From: Adineta vaga
Lineage: Eukaryota > Animalia > Rotifera
NCBI GenBank assembly: GCA_021613535.1
Contig: CP075493.1
Coordinates: forward strand, 6,820,001-6,884,000
Direction of reading: 5' to 3'
DNA length: 64,000 nt
The notes under the pieces are model-generated. The model had not been told where the DNA came from, ran no database searches, and was given only the letters and a program-made list of their open reading frames with translations. Shown here piece after piece: positions 43,495-58,422 of the stretch. Each line of letters opens with the position of its first letter. Within the stretch, counting starts at the first letter, position 1. The position numbers were made by a program, and so were the translations under genes.

Positions 43495-45647
43495 TTAATT
43501 TTTCTTTTTCTTCTTCTTCTTTTTCTGTCCATTATCATCATCATCATTTAGATCATCAAGCAAAGCATGTTTTTTTAAAACGATATCAATACTTCGTTTC
43601 CACTGATCAGGTCTCGAACAAAAAGCTGTTAAATTCATTTCATACGCAATAAATCTTGCGTACGTATGTGAACGTAAAGATTGAAAATCTTTAGCCATAC
43701 TCTTAGCCATTTCAAGTTTTTGCTCAATTGTATTTGCACTTTTCCATAGTTGTGTTACAAACCAACAAGCAGCTTTATCACAAGCCATTTTTGTATAGAC
43801 TTGATTGAGTTTTCCATAGAAATTTTTCTGTCGAAGAAAAGGCCATAGATTTGATTTAAGAATCAATTGACAAAGAAGATGTGAACCACTTGGATGACAA
43901 GCAATCGATGATATCTGTTCACCAGTTAATGAAAGAAAAGATTGACGAGTTGAAGAATCGATTTTATCAGCACGAAGAAGAGCTTGAACAACAAGTGAAC
44001 CTTCTTTTGTTATGAATTGAGTTTCTTGATTTTCTAAAATATGTTATACAATAAAATCAATTGCATATTTAGATACATTCTTTCTCTTTTCAAATCATTA
44101 TTTCTATAAGAAACATTGCTTGTCATTAGTTTCATAATCCGATTGTACGGTAATCTTTCTATAGTGTAAGACTTAATTACATGTTGACATACACGATAGC
44201 ATGAGAATAAGTGTAATGTGTAGGAAAAAAGAGTGTACATTATGAAATTGGATAAATATCGAAAATACCCTGGAAATTCATAACTGATTACTAACTTTTG
44301 TTTTTTGGTATGTAAGAAAATAAGAATTGATTGATATCTATGATTCGATGGACAGAAATACGAACGGCAAAATTCTAACATATCAGAAAGTATACATTAT
44401 AATTAAGAGACCTTCATTCTGCATTATCTTTCCAGAAAAAAAAACAAGCTAAGAACATGCAACGATTGAGGTATGTATAAAGATTACTATTTCTGAAAAA
44501 AGTTTTCATAAGAGCGAAGTTCGTTTTATTGCGCAAAATAAATCTTCCTACCTGCTCTTAATTTCAATAAACATGGAATAAATTCGTTCGTATCATCCTT
44601 TGTACAATGAATCGTTGTTTTTAATTTATTAATTAATTCTTCATAATGACATGAGAATCGTTCACATACACGAATCAATGTAATTAATAATCTAATTTGT
44701 CCTTCATGTACAAGTTTATCAAATCTTTCATCTTGGATTAATAATTGATAGATTTTCTCTAAAATTTCTTTTTCATTTAATGTTAATAATAAATGTTGTA
44801 GGAAGAAATTTCCAATTGGATGTAAATAGATTTCATCGATATGATCGTATACTAATGGATACAGAATATTATTTCGTTGTTCCGATGGAAATTCTAGAAG
44901 AACTTCGAATAGAAATGATGAACATTTATCTACTAAATGTTCGACAGTAATAGTTGAATAATATTTTTCACAAAGATGATTAACTAATTTTATATAAAGT
45001 TTTTCATCGACGTAGCCACACGTACGCAATAAAGTTGCATAGACGAGTTCATTATGTGTAGAATCTTTTTTAATCAATTTTTTTATTTCACGTAATTTGT
45101 CCATAACATTCCAATCGTTTGGTAATTGAAAGTAGTTTTTCATTGTTCGACCACCATCAACTAAAGATTCGTATTCATTTGTATCAGAAGATGGAATTAA
45201 TGGGTGAAGAAATGAAATAGTCGATGCTATGATATGACTTGTACCAGTTTCTTGAATATAATCATCGAAATTTTCACAGATACATTGAAAAAGACGATCA
45301 AATGAGAGATGAATTTGTTGATGTTCGCTTGACAAAACTTTTGGAAGATAAGAGAGTAGTTTTTCTAAAACGAATGATGCGGAACGATCACGAATTAATT
45401 CATCTAAATGATCTTGTGTTAAACGATCAAAAAAGGATGAAAGAATCGATGATGTTGTTACATGTGGTAATAATTGCTCAAATTCACGTGAACATGCTCG
45501 AGTAATACTCGATGTATCCGTAGTTGTCGACGAAGCTTCTTCGATAACTTTATTCGCTAAATCTTGTCGATCTTCATTTTTAGTACACTGTTTAAATAGA
45601 TTGTACGTTTCTTTATAATATTTTGTATTCGACGATAGAGCAGTCAT
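43495..45647 (-). CDS. NOP9: Nucleolar protein 9 (PUF-repeat)
   Basis: PUF-like repeats (DRSASFVLEKL, HPIGNFFLQ, GSLVVQALL, HPSGSHLL); Lys-rich tail; 2 exons. Confidence 0.8.
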
Positions 45648-46035
45648 ACTAAACGAAACAAATATACAGAGAAATTGTTCAGAGAATAATTTAAAATAAT
45701 TGTGAGGTGAGAAAAATAAATGGATATGGATGGATGTAATACTTTCCATGGTTAACCGATAAATAACCAATAGATATAGTACAAGTTCTTTTGAGAGATA
45801 GCGTTAGTTGACTTTATGAAAGATGGAGCTAGGAGGCATGAGTTGTGAGTCTGCGTACTTCTGTTTTTCTTTATATATTAGATAAAATATTGAACTGTAG
45901 TTAGTACATATTTTCGCGTGTTTATATTGTGCTTTTAATTAAACAGAAAAGAAGCAGAAAAATTGTCGCATACATATATAAAATCAAAGCGAAAGTCTGT
46001 AACAAATCGTCGAATCAGCTACGTCCAGTATATTT

Positions 46036-47140
46036 TCAAAATCTTGGCGAAGCATCTCCATGCGGTTCAACATTGTACGCATGTCTATTTATAATAGAGG
46101 AACTAGAAAAACAAAGACAATTAAACATTTTGAAAAGGAAAAGAAAGAACGAGAATATGCAAAAACAAAAATTGAAAGTTTTTCTTTTTCATTAGATAGA
46201 TCTATAGAAATGTGAATAAAAGCGCAAGAATGTTTAAATAGTTGAAGCACAGCAGAAAAGAAGATGATTACGGATTATAGCTTTGTGATGGTGCTCGATT
46301 GAATAATCGTAAAACGAAATCGATAATCATAGCTATCATAGCAACGAAGAGAAAGAACTAAATAGAAACAAAGGAATTTTTGACTATTTTTCACGAAAAA
46401 AGGTATGCTTACAGCAGCTGATGCGGCGGCACCTTTACGTTTTAAAACACCGAGATCTTCCAACGTATCTCGCATTTTCTTTTCCCATGCAGCAGCACAA
46501 CATCTATTCGACGAAACAAAGTCTAAGTACATTTATATTCAATGTAAAACTTACCCAAGAATGAAGAAAATAACAGCAAGTACCAACATGACGATGATAA
46601 ACTGGTATGAAATTAAAAAAAAACAATAAGAAAATGAAATGAGAACACTTTTTCTAGTTTATAATTACAATTGTATCAAATATTGGTGGTAAACGATAAA
46701 TAAGTTTTGTCACATGAAGAATAGTATCAAGAAGAATAAGAATAAGACCAAATACCGCAAAAACTAGAACCGCATTTCGTGTATGAAAAGCACTGACTTT
46801 AGCATTTGAAGAATGTTCAGAATCGTCAGCATCTTTTCCGTTCTGATTATCAGCGACACCAGCACTTATTATTACACAAACAATAGCAACCTAAGATATT
46901 CACAAATGATTTCTTCGTGAAAAGTTTCAAATGCAAATTCAATCTTACAAGAATTATAATATTTAATATTCCATGAATAGTCGTGAGGAAACGTATGCCA
47001 GTTGCACATCGTGTCTGTCGACCATTTGGAGGATCACTGGGAGGATTTGGTAATGAAGAAGCATAATGTGGTGTAACAATAGGTGGTGCAGAATTATCAC
47101 CACCACTTGCAGCAGGATATCGAAGATCCGAAGTACTCAT
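46036..47140 (-). CDS. MARVEL-domain tetraspan membrane protein
   Basis: FLTTIHGILNII, four hydrophobic helices, AASAA|FFLFVAM; stop at 46268 if unspliced, or at 46036 through a last exon 46102-46036. Confidence 0.7.
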
Positions 47141-50100
47141 TATTGTATCAATAAGATGTCAATTAATCTAAAAGAAATTAAGACATTCATATTAAATAAA
47201 TAAATAAGATCTGATTATTTAAAAATCTTTAAATAATGGAAGAACAATTCTTTCTCGATCGATATCATGACTTAAATGTTCTCATATGTTTAATTTATAC
47301 TATAGTTTTGTTTTTTTACTTATTCGATCTATCTTAGTTACTCATCCATTACCTTACTCGATGAATCAGTCTAATCGTTATTTAAACTTCATACGAGACA
47401 TTTTCGACGAAATTGTGATTTTAAACATATGATAGTATATTATAAACATATGTCGATAAAAACAGCTATCTATGATATTAATACGGTTAATGTTCAGTTG
47501 AAATTTGAAAAGATCAGTTCATTTAGTTCTTGATAACATCGACGATGACGTCAATGAGAAAAAAAGTTATATCTCTATATATACGTTATATATTTTAGTC
47601 ATACGCTTCGTCAGCATGATATTTATCATATATTGATACATACTTCGTTTTTGTACAAAAAAAAGACGACGATCGATGTAGTCACACATACTCACTATTT
47701 TTTTGTTTTTTTTTCACGTATATGCTCAAATGAAATCATCCATTTAATATCTGAATATATATATATAGAATGACATCATAGTGCGGTTATGTATTGGACT
47801 CAAATACTTTTCCCCTTGCTTCTTCTATATGATGTATCAATACTTATCTTTATGAAGGTGAACAAAACAAGTACCATATTATCGTTTCTTTGTACTAATG
47901 AGAGGAAAAAATACATATTTGTATAGTTATGATCTTCATATTCTCTTTCGAGCAGTTTTTTTTCTTTTTTTTCTTCTTCATTCACATTTATCAATCAGTA
48001 GAACAAAATAAAAGAGCAAAGAAAATAAATCGCTGTTTCGGCCGATTCGTTCGTGTCGGTTACAAATACATCGTCGGTCGTGAAGAGTTTCGCTTGATTG
48101 ATCACATATTTGAATGATAGTTTAATGAATAGTAAAAGACAAGAATAGAATAGATTGAAAGTAATAAAAACTCAACCAATGTATATTTTGTAAAAGCATA
48201 TAACAAAAAGAAATCTTTGATCAATAAATGATGTACATTGAATCTGTAGAGATGTTCTTCTTTTGATAGAAACAACGTAGATTTATTTATTGTACATGTG
48301 AAAGAGAAAGAGATTATCATTGATAAATGATCGCTATCACAAGCAATGTTTTTTCTTAGTTAATTCTTATTAGAACAACAAAATTGGATATAACTATGTA
48401 ATATAGATAGAAATTTGTCAAAAACAAAAGAGACAAATCGAAAAGATCATTTTCTATATCGGTCTTTATTTAGATTCATCTGAAATGTACTTAATTGAAA
48501 TGAAAGCCAAACGTTCTTTCAATTTTACTTTATGTAATCACGAGAAAAAACATAGCAATAACATAAATTTATCATGTGTTAAGTAATATAATCGAGGTAA
48601 GTAGATAATAATCTGTCGAGATTTTATAAAGCACAAAATAGACCTTAATAGAACTCACTTGATTGTCAATTTCTTTTTTACATGCACATATTTATATATA
48701 GATTTGATATGGGACGAACTTTTTCTCCCTATCTATTTATCACTTAAATAGATTAAGAATTAATTTAATCTTTGTTGTAAAATTGATAAGACACATGCTA
48801 TGATTAGTCTCATCACATGTAGCTATGCCCTGGAAAGAAGACGAAATTAAAAAGATCTACATGAATATTGTGATTGATTTGTTAATTGAAACGAAACGAT
48901 ATTGTTTATCTTATAAGAGAAAAAAATGTTTTTCTTTTTTCCGAACAAGTTGACATTGAGAAAAAACTGGAGTAAATTAAAATCGAGACCGGAAATTGAC
49001 GACTAAATATCTCTCTTCCCTAATTTATAAGTAAACAGACTGAATTATTATGTATTTTAAATCAACGTATCCTGTTGAGTATATTTATGAACAAATATTT
49101 TGTTGACCTGATTGTAATTAGACGTTCAATAGGAAAGTGATTAGGTCATATGGAAATAATATTTTAGACGAAATAAGAACAATTCAAGGACACAGACAAC
49201 ATTTGAAATTAATTACAAAATCAACCGTGTGAAAGATTTATTTTTATCACTTGCCTACCTCGTCTTAGATGTTCATCTAAGACTCTTATGTAGTATATGT
49301 TTTTCTTCCTAATCAATAAGAATATCATCGAGGCAAAAATTGATCGTTTTCCTAAGCAAATTCAAACGACCTTTCCAATTCTAAATGTAACTTCGAATCC
49401 TGACTAAGTAAAGACGGCAGACTTTTCTTTTTGAAGAAAATAGTTTATTCCTGACGTTTATGATCATATTCACTAAGATGAAAAGGAAGGAAATTGTTGA
49501 GAAAAGTTTCTACTATTGTCAATGTGTACTTTTTCATCAAATATTTCAATAAACCAATAAGAGAACCTGTGAAATCATTAAGGAAATTGTTCTAGAAAGA
49601 AGAAAAAAACTTCATCATCTTGTTCATTTTTTATCTCAAATAGTCAATTGATGTTTCTCAACGAATTACATTGTTAAAAGGAAAAACACTAATAATTATC
49701 TTATGAAAAGAGTGTATATAATCCTTGCTGTATTTTAATTACATATTTTTATTGTCTAGCTGTTGGATAGACTTGATGTCAGTTCTTTAATAGTACTCAT
49801 TAACGACTAATTACTAAAGACGACAAGAAAGATAAACAATTTCAGACTGCTAGTCGAAATTCTTCTAATATAATCTCAACTACGCTAATGGCATCATCTT
49901 AATGAGGCTTTAGAAAATTTCCACACTGGTAAATCTAAAGAACATAAGAGTATTATCTAATAAGATATTGTTTTGACAAGTAATGAAGCATCTATCTGAG
50001 ATTTATAATCATTTATCACGTTTGAAAAATACTAAAACAATGTCCTTTTTTTGTCTTCATTGCTGTGATGTTTTTCTCGTCTTTAGCTTTTGCTTTGTCT

Positions 50101-51602
50101 GTCTGTACTGAATGGGTCTTCATCTGTCTAATAGATCAAAATCAGAGAAGTGAAAAAATAGGAAAAGAAAAGAAAATGTCCAAAGTTAGAAGAAACTCTT
50201 CTAATATTCAGTTGTCATCGTAATGAGTTTACTAATTAATGTTAATAAGAACCTGTCACGTTCGAAAGAAAACAATGATTCCAAATTTTACATGTAATTT
50301 TCAACAAGGACAACACAAAAAAAATTCCCGAAGAAAAGCATAAAAGAGAGAGAGAGAAAAACTCTTTTTTTTCTTCATGTCATCAATTATCATTCGTCTG
50401 GAAAGATTTTTTTTCTATTCACATCGAAAAATAAACTTATAGCATTTCTACTCTTAGAATTTAATGTGTATACAACAAAATGGATAATATGACTCAATTA
50501 ATTTTCCGGTAAATATTCCACGCTTTATTTTCTTTTGAATGAAAAGGTACCGAAGGAGGAGGTGAGGGAGGATAGGATTAACAAAAATAACCTCTATATA
50601 CAGATGCTGTTAAATATACATAAATACCAAAATCATTTTGTTGATATTATTTGTAGCCTGAAGGTTTATTAGTGAATAGGACCTTGCTATAGATACGATT
50701 TCTTTTCTTTCTTTCTTTCTTTCTTTTAGTTGGAGATCCAAGTGAGAAATATTCATTAATCTACATTTCTTATCAGTTCGTTGAGTCAGTTGCCTTTAGG
50801 TTGACTACACCCCATCGAAACAGGTCAGATTGAGTCGCTGTTTGAGATTCATATCACGTCAAAGATTTTGTCTTGACAATAAACTTGTGTTCGTAATTCT
50901 AATATTAATATAATATACGAAATTAACGAATCAATAGTTCTAAAGTTACATTGATTAATTATTCATAAGAACGTTGAGACAATTTGACATTTTCACAATA
51001 TAAATATTCAAAAATGTTGTTGTCTCATTGTGAAAAATTCGCAAAAGAAAAGGTATTCTTTTTTTCTTCCTGTTTAATTTAGTTCTTTCAAAGCAGAAAA
51101 CATTAAAAGAAGTCATTCAGAATATATTATTGTCTACACGACGAGAAGTATAAAAATACATCTAATAGACAATCATTTTTTCTCTTTGATCAATTCAGTT
51201 CATATAACAGATGAAATCTATTCTCTTAATCAGTTTCTTTCCTAACTGACAAGAACGTTTCTTTTTTCGCAGAAAATAAATCTTCATTCTCTAATAAATA
51301 TTCGAAATAATCGGATATTTATCACTTGACATCAGTTCAAATAGTTTCTTCGTAGTCTTTTATGAAGAAAATCTTTTTAATCGACTTTCTAGTCAAATAT
51401 AGAATCTTTTCATTGAGACGTTACGCCGTTTGCTTGATGAATTTTACAAATACATACATTTTTAACAATAGAAATTCGCATGATCTGACAGTTATTTCCG
51501 TTTAGCTTTTTACAATAGATTATTATAAACGCAATCAACTATATACGTCATTTAGTAGTATAATAATGATTATGCTTTTCTCTTCTTCTTCTTCTTCTTA
51601 GA

Positions 51603-53028
51603 ATGCCTTATTGTGCAGGAATCAATCGAACTAGTATAGATTATTTTTATTACCAAAAGATTCATCATCAAAAAAGTTGGGCTTGGTGGCTCAATCATAT
51701 TGGTAAATTAGTTCATATTGAATAAAGTTTCATATGAAAATTGTTTATTCTTCTAGGCACATTTATTGTATTTATCATCAGTTTTTGTGGAAATTTATTA
51801 TGTCTTTTGGTGTTATGTCGTCGACGTAGATATTTTCATTTTTTCTTGGAATTTTGTTTTCATGAAAATGTACATTTTAGGTTTAAAACGCAATTCTTAT
51901 ACACAATATCTAATTGCTTTAGCAATTGTAGATAGTGGAGCAATTCTATGCGAAGGTAGTTTCAAATTCTAGGACAAGAATCTTTCTTTTTCTAAATATC
52001 TTTCTTATCTTTTCAGCAGTAACTGCTCTTGATGAGATCCATCGATATCAAAATCCTGATAAACAAAATTTTATTCAACATACACTTATGTCCTGCAAAT
52101 TCTATTATTATATTCGTTTTATATTCTATTCAATGAGTTCATGGTGTGTTTCGAAATGAATCTTTCGATTATAAAAAGCAATTCATTTTTTTTCTCACAT
52201 AGGGTTACTGTTGCTTTAGCTGTTGAACGTTTAGTCGCCATTAAATTTCCTTTATGGTCAAAACATATTTGTAGTGTTATCAATGCTCGTCGAATTCTAT
52301 TACTTATACTTTTATTTACTATGATGATTCAATCATATCATTTTGTTGTTAAAGGTATTGATTGTTCACCGTCATCATCATTACCATTAATATCACAATT
52401 AACGAAAAACAAAACGAATTGTCGTTGTAAAACAATGCCTCAATATGCAACTTTTGATATTATAGTAACAGTTTATTTTTGGCGATTATGTCTAATGACA
52501 TTATTACCATTAACAATTATTATAACTGTTAATGTTCTTATAATGAGTAAATTATTTAGTGGAAATTCCTTGAATGATCATACCAATGCTTTAGATAACG
52601 CTCGACGTAAAACAATTTTATTATATAAAATATCTCGAATGTTAGTTATTGTTTCTTCAATTTATCTTCTTTTACATGTGCCTGGCTCAAGTTTTGAAGT
52701 TATGAAATATATGTTTGTCAATCCATTTCGAATATGTAGTACGAAATGGCAATATTATATTTCAATTGTACATAATATATTTGATTTATTAACGAATTTT
52801 AATTATGGAATTAATTTTTATTTATACATTATCAGTGGACAACATATAAGAAATGAATTATTTCGAACGTTTAAACATTCAAAATTTCATTCGACAAATT
52901 TTGAAGCTAATGGTAATTTTCAAAGATCAAGTTATTTTATGTCATCTTATGTACATAATTCGAAGAATAATCAACTGAATTGTTCAAATATACAACTATC
53001 TAAACGGCCAACAGGTTCTTCAGTGTAA
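51603..53028 (+). CDS. Rhodopsin-family (peptide receptor-like) GPCR
   Basis: GNLLCL, YLIALAIVD, CKFY, VERLVAIKFPL, LLHVP and NYGINFYLYIISG motifs across TM1-7. Confidence 0.9.
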
Positions 53029-53456
53029 AATATGTAAAGAATCTTTTGCGAATTAATATTTTATGTGATCTTTAAAAAAGATTGGAAGATATTTTAATGA
53101 AATGTGAAATGAATGGGAAAAGATATTCTTTTGTTCTAATCGTTAAGACTATGTATAGAAAAGAATAATTTGTTCATTATTGTCTGTGTTTTATGTAATG
53201 AATATATTCTTTTGAGATTACAATCAATTTACTATTGAATTTTCTTTCGCAATTTAGAGGACTCATATTAATTTAATCATGTGCTAACATCGGTAAAAAG
53301 TACATTAAGATAGAAGCAAAATCACTACATAAGAAGATTACGTATGTTTATAGAAAATGTTCGAGACAGGGATTATTGCACTTACATTATTATATGTTGT
53401 AATCATATGAATCACAAAATAAAAGAACAACAAATCGTTTATTTTATAAATAAAAA

Positions 53457-53847
53457 TCATTTTTATCCTGTTTGAAATAATATAGATAATAAATATCATT
53501 ACCAATTCGACCAATAAATGGAGCTTTAGCTAAATTTGTTTCTAATTGAACTGTTAATTCTTTCGTAGATTTATCTGAGTAAGGTTTGATTTGTCGATAT
53601 TGTTTAATAATCTATTTAAGAAATGAGACTGATTAGAAAACAACATGAAGAATTATTTTACTTCTTTTCTAAGTGAATCAAAACTAATCGTTTCACCATG
53701 AGAATTTTCAACAATCCTTCGAATACGTTCAGTCCAATTAAAACTTGTCGTTGTCGTTGACCAAACTGAATGTGTTTTATTTTAATATGAAAACTTCACA
53801 TAACATAGAAACATCTTCAACTTACTATCTGAATAATCACTATTCAT
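53457..53847 (-). CDS. Small protein made only of a LYAR C-terminal-like domain, 3 exons
   Basis: Spliced MNSDYSD|IWSTTTTSFNWTERIRRIVENSHGETISFDSLRKE|IIKQYRQIKPYSDKSTKELTVQLETNLAKAPFIGRIGNDIYYL...*; absent from the ORF track. Confidence 0.65.
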
Positions 53848-54199
53848 TTTCGTTTAATAATGATTTTTCTATGACATAAAAACTTCAATAGATTATTTGT
53901 TCTCGACTATATACATGATTCATAGATAGACAGAACGAACAAGTTTCTTTGTTTTATTCTTCTTCAAGATAGTTTTCTATTAGAGATTTGAAATGAAGAT
54001 TATTTTATTTATACATAGTTGATAATAGTTATACATTTTTTTCTAACAAAACACATACACGTTTTTTCAATGAACGAGCATTTATATACAAAAAGAAAAT
54101 ATGATAAAGCAAAACCATAGATCTTGATTTTTGTTAGAGGAATACATAAAACAGATAAAAATCTGACATTATACAATCGTTCAATCAATTCGATTGGTT

Positions 54200-54982
54200 T
54201 TATTGTCCAATTGTATATTGTTGTTGTGTACCTTGTGGTGTCTAAGTACAAAATAGGAATAGAGACATATTTAAATGAAAATAAAAATTAACTTACTGCC
54301 ATTGTAACAATATTTGATGATAAATTCTGTGGTAATTGTATAATTTGACCATCTAAAAAAGAGAATAATTTTGTATAGAAATCGTCTGAAAATCAATAAC
54401 ATACTTGGTAACTGAATTGTATTACCCATACCAGCGGATGTTGGTAATGTAACAATATATTGTACTTCATTAACAGCTTCTTTCTTCTTATGTGTTTTAG
54501 TTGCTTCTTCACGCGGAACAATATCAATTAGAAAATCAAAAAGTTCATTTTTAGCAATAGCAGCAGCGACATCATTACGCTAGAAGACAATCAATTTGAT
54601 TGAATATACCAAGACGAATTTAGTTTAGTCTAACCTGTAATGTACGTCGTCGACTTTCTTCTGTTTGTAACCATGAATGAATTGTTAATTCTTGAATGAA
54701 TAATTCAGCTGCTTTAGCAAATAAAATAGGAACTTCTGCACTTATCATTTTGACATCATCATCTAATTTCATAATTTTCTTGATTCGTGCTAATGGTAAA
54801 TCAGTTGTACGAAATTCCACCTGGACAAAAGAATAACAATAAAGTTCTTCAAATGAAAATATCTATTCTCTTACAATGTTGATATCCTCGATTTCTTGTT
54901 TGATTTCAGCCCAATATTTATCGAATAATTCTTTACCAGCCGATGGTTCGATATTTTCAGCTTCAGCTTTTGTCGAGTCCAT
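54200..54982 (-). CDS. NFYC: Nuclear transcription factor Y subunit gamma
   Basis: [39 protein letters not shown]...RRTLQ|RNDVAAAI...[10 protein letters not shown] histone fold. Confidence 0.95.
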
Positions 54983-55794
54983 CCTATTATTTTCAATAAT
55001 CTACGAAATAAGGCAAGATAATTAATTAGACAGATTCAACTCAATGAAATAATTTCTTCAACTCTCTCTCTCTACTGCATTGTGTATTCTTTCTTTCTCT
55101 TCATTGTTAGTGGACATCGTCGTAGAGGAATAGCGAAATACAAGACATACACTGACATCTATGTTGATTAGATTTGATAAAAAATCTTTTTAAAAAACAA
55201 AAAAAAGATCAAAAATAAGTTGTTCGAAAAAATATTTAGAAAAGAATAATTTTATTGGTCATCACAATGACACATAGAAAAGTAAAGTGAGACTATCTCT
55301 CTCGCTTCTTTTTAATTCAAACAAGATTATAAAAAATATTTGAAAAAGAAACATGTTTTGTCTTTCGTAATCATTGATTAGTCGATGGTTTGACTTATTT
55401 GAAACTCTTTCTCTTTCTCTAGGTCGCATTTTTTTGTTGCTGTTATGCCAGACAGGATACAGTGGGTTTTTCTTAATTGAGAAATACAAAGGAAGTTTTT
55501 TGTTTAAGAACTAGATTGTATGTCAGCATCACATACAAAAAAACGTTGCAGATTTTATTCAAACATGATGTCGATATGTTTCATATTTTAGATAATTTAT
55601 TTATTATCCTATTCCACTATGTAATTCCATCAAAAAATATTAATCAATTGATTGAATGATTCATTAGTCATGTAAGTTAAGGTTTTGTCTTGCTTTCTAT
55701 ACTTCTTTATCATTTCATTTGTTTTCTTTTAAAGTTACAATCAACTTAGAAAACATAGTCATTATGATGTAATCATCATTTTCTGCCTTTATTC

Positions 55795-58422
55795 ATGGCA
55801 AGTTCAATGAATCGAAGACGATTTCAACCGTAGATATTATTTATCAATATTTTCATTACATATTTCTTATATTTTATATTTTAGTAATAATCGTCGAACA
55901 AAAACGATACCTACTATCAATGATACTGAAACTACTTCAACATTATCCCATGAAATATTTAATGAATGTGAAAAATTGAAACAGAAAATTCTCTCATTAC
56001 CAAATGGTAAATCAGAAATTTGGCTTTATCGACAAGAATTACTTGATCAATATGATCAATTGATTCTTTTTGATCTTGATTTTGCCTTAGAAAAAAAGAT
56101 CGAACATGATTTATGGACAATTGTATTTAAAAATGAAATTAGTTATAAACAAGAACAATTAAAAGAAAATCATCAACATCAAATTAAACGAACAGAAATT
56201 CAAACAAGTTTACAAGCTCTATATGAATATGCAAGAGGATATTATATGAAATTATTACAAGTAAGTTTTGAGTAACATCATATCTCGTACCTCTTCAATT
56301 CGTTCATCAAATTTTTCTAATCGTTTTTTATTCCTTCTAGGACGTTGTTCATTCATATAGTTTTGAAACTTCAATCTGTAAATTAACATTTCCTTTCTTA
56401 CAACGACATCCTCAATCATCTAATTCAAATCGTCAATGTAAAGAAGCATCAATGCTCTATTTCATTCAACATATTCTTGTTCATGTCGGTGATTTAAATC
56501 GTTATTCAAATCAAATTGATCTCGCAAAAACATTCTATCAATATGCTATTTATACAATTCCATGTTTAGGTCAACCATATAATCAAATCGCGATCTTACA
56601 TGAAATGAAAAATCCTCTTTCATTAATTACACCGGGACAAAATCAATTAATTACAGCCTATTATTATGTACGAAGTATTGCTATTAAAGTTACATTTCCA
56701 TTAGCTATAGCAAATTTAGAAAAATTATTTCAACGTTTAAAAGATCTTCCACTATCACGTTACGAACAACAACAACAACAACAGAATGAATTCTTAACAT
56801 TATTTTTACAAATCATTGCAATGATTAATTTAGAAACAAATCTAGAAGAACTTCCATTATTTATAAATTTATTTCGAACATTGATTATTAAACATTTTAA
56901 TCAAATTTATTTCATTCAAATCATAACAATTCTCATGTTTACATTACATCGAACATTAGGTTTATTACCACGTTCAACAACATTCAAACAACCTGATGTA
57001 CAATTTGATTTTGCATTACAAATCTTTATTTTAATCATTGAACAATGTTTAGAAGCTATACAATTACCATTGTCAATGATGGTCATTGATGAACAACATA
57101 TTCTACCAATTCTTTATCTAACATTTGCATATTTAGGAAATATATTCAAATCAAAAATGGATTTATTTGAACATCAAGTTTTTAAACAAAAACAATCGAT
57201 GTGGAATTCATTAGCAAAATTATTGCGATCATTCGGAGTTCATGCAGCCAATCTAGAAATGAATAAAGGTATGAAACTCGTTAAATAAATTCTTGTAATA
57301 AGTCAAACTTTTTCAGAAGGAAAAGTACATAATACCTAAACATGAATTTGTATATTGACAATCAAATGTTTTTAATCGTTTAGATAAAAATCTTACTACG
57401 GGATCGTTGTTTATTAAATACGGTGATTATCCATTAACTGAAGAACGTGCATTAGAATGTTTTACACCATTGAATGATGTTTTGAAAGTGTATAATTTAA
57501 AAAAATATGATCATAATAGTACAACAAGTGAACATTTAAGTGAAAAAGATGAAAGACAACTGCGTAAATTACGTTTAGTTGCTATTCTAAGAAATTTATG
57601 TCAGAAAATCGATGAGAAAACGAAGAAAAAAGTTTTCGAACATTTAATTACTTATGTGAAAGATGATGTAGTATACTTCGAATCGTCATCATCACCCACT
57701 ATACCACAAGTGCCTTCATCAAATTTTGGTGTACCTGGCGATCGACGAACTTTTCAAGTATGTACCAAAAGTGGCAGATTTATAATTATTAATAAACTAA
57801 TTTTCTTTTCTTTAGAAATCGTCCAATGATGAAACACGAATATATAATTCGAATGGTACAGTTGTTAAAACACCTCGCGGTGCGCGTAATGTTGCATTAA
57901 GACAATTTCTTGAGCCTGCAATGGCTGGTATGTCTTAATTTATATGTATAAACTATGACATGTCTTCGTTTAGCTGCAGAATCAGCATCTAAAGATCATT
58001 TGATGAATCCAAGCAATTCTTCCAATGATACAATTCTATTTCCACCTCCACCTCATCTTCTTGAACGTACGTGAAATGAATTTATATTTGTACATATATT
58101 TCTATATATTCAATTTAGAATCCAATACTTGGCCACAATTGTCATCATCATCATCATCATCATCAACTGAACCCAAAGATCTTTTTCAACCACAATCGTT
58201 AGATAACGAGTCTGTTATTTAATCTTAAATTTAACTTCTAAATAAGTATGTTCTTTACTTCTTAACAGATCACGATTCAATTCTGTTTGGAGTACTAATA
58301 ATGATTCGAACGATCAATTTAGTTTTCAAGCATCGACATCATCACCACAGCAAATTCTTGCACCTGGTCTGATGTTTTCTAACCCATTAACAAAAAATAA
58401 TTCCAAACAACAACCGAAATGA
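55795..58422 (+). CDS. SMG7: Nonsense-mediated decay factor SMG7 (EST1/14-3-3-like, no PIN domain)
   Basis: DLDFALEKKIEHDLW..VFKN, ILVHVGDLNRY, GQPYNQIAIL, YYYVRSIAIKVTFP, PLTEERALECFTPL. Confidence 0.85.

Noticed and set aside
47200-51600. 4.4-kb gene-free stretch
   Set aside because: No splicable ORF, repeat array or terminal repeats were recognised; likely regulatory or 5' UTR intron DNA of the divergent MARVEL and GPCR genes.
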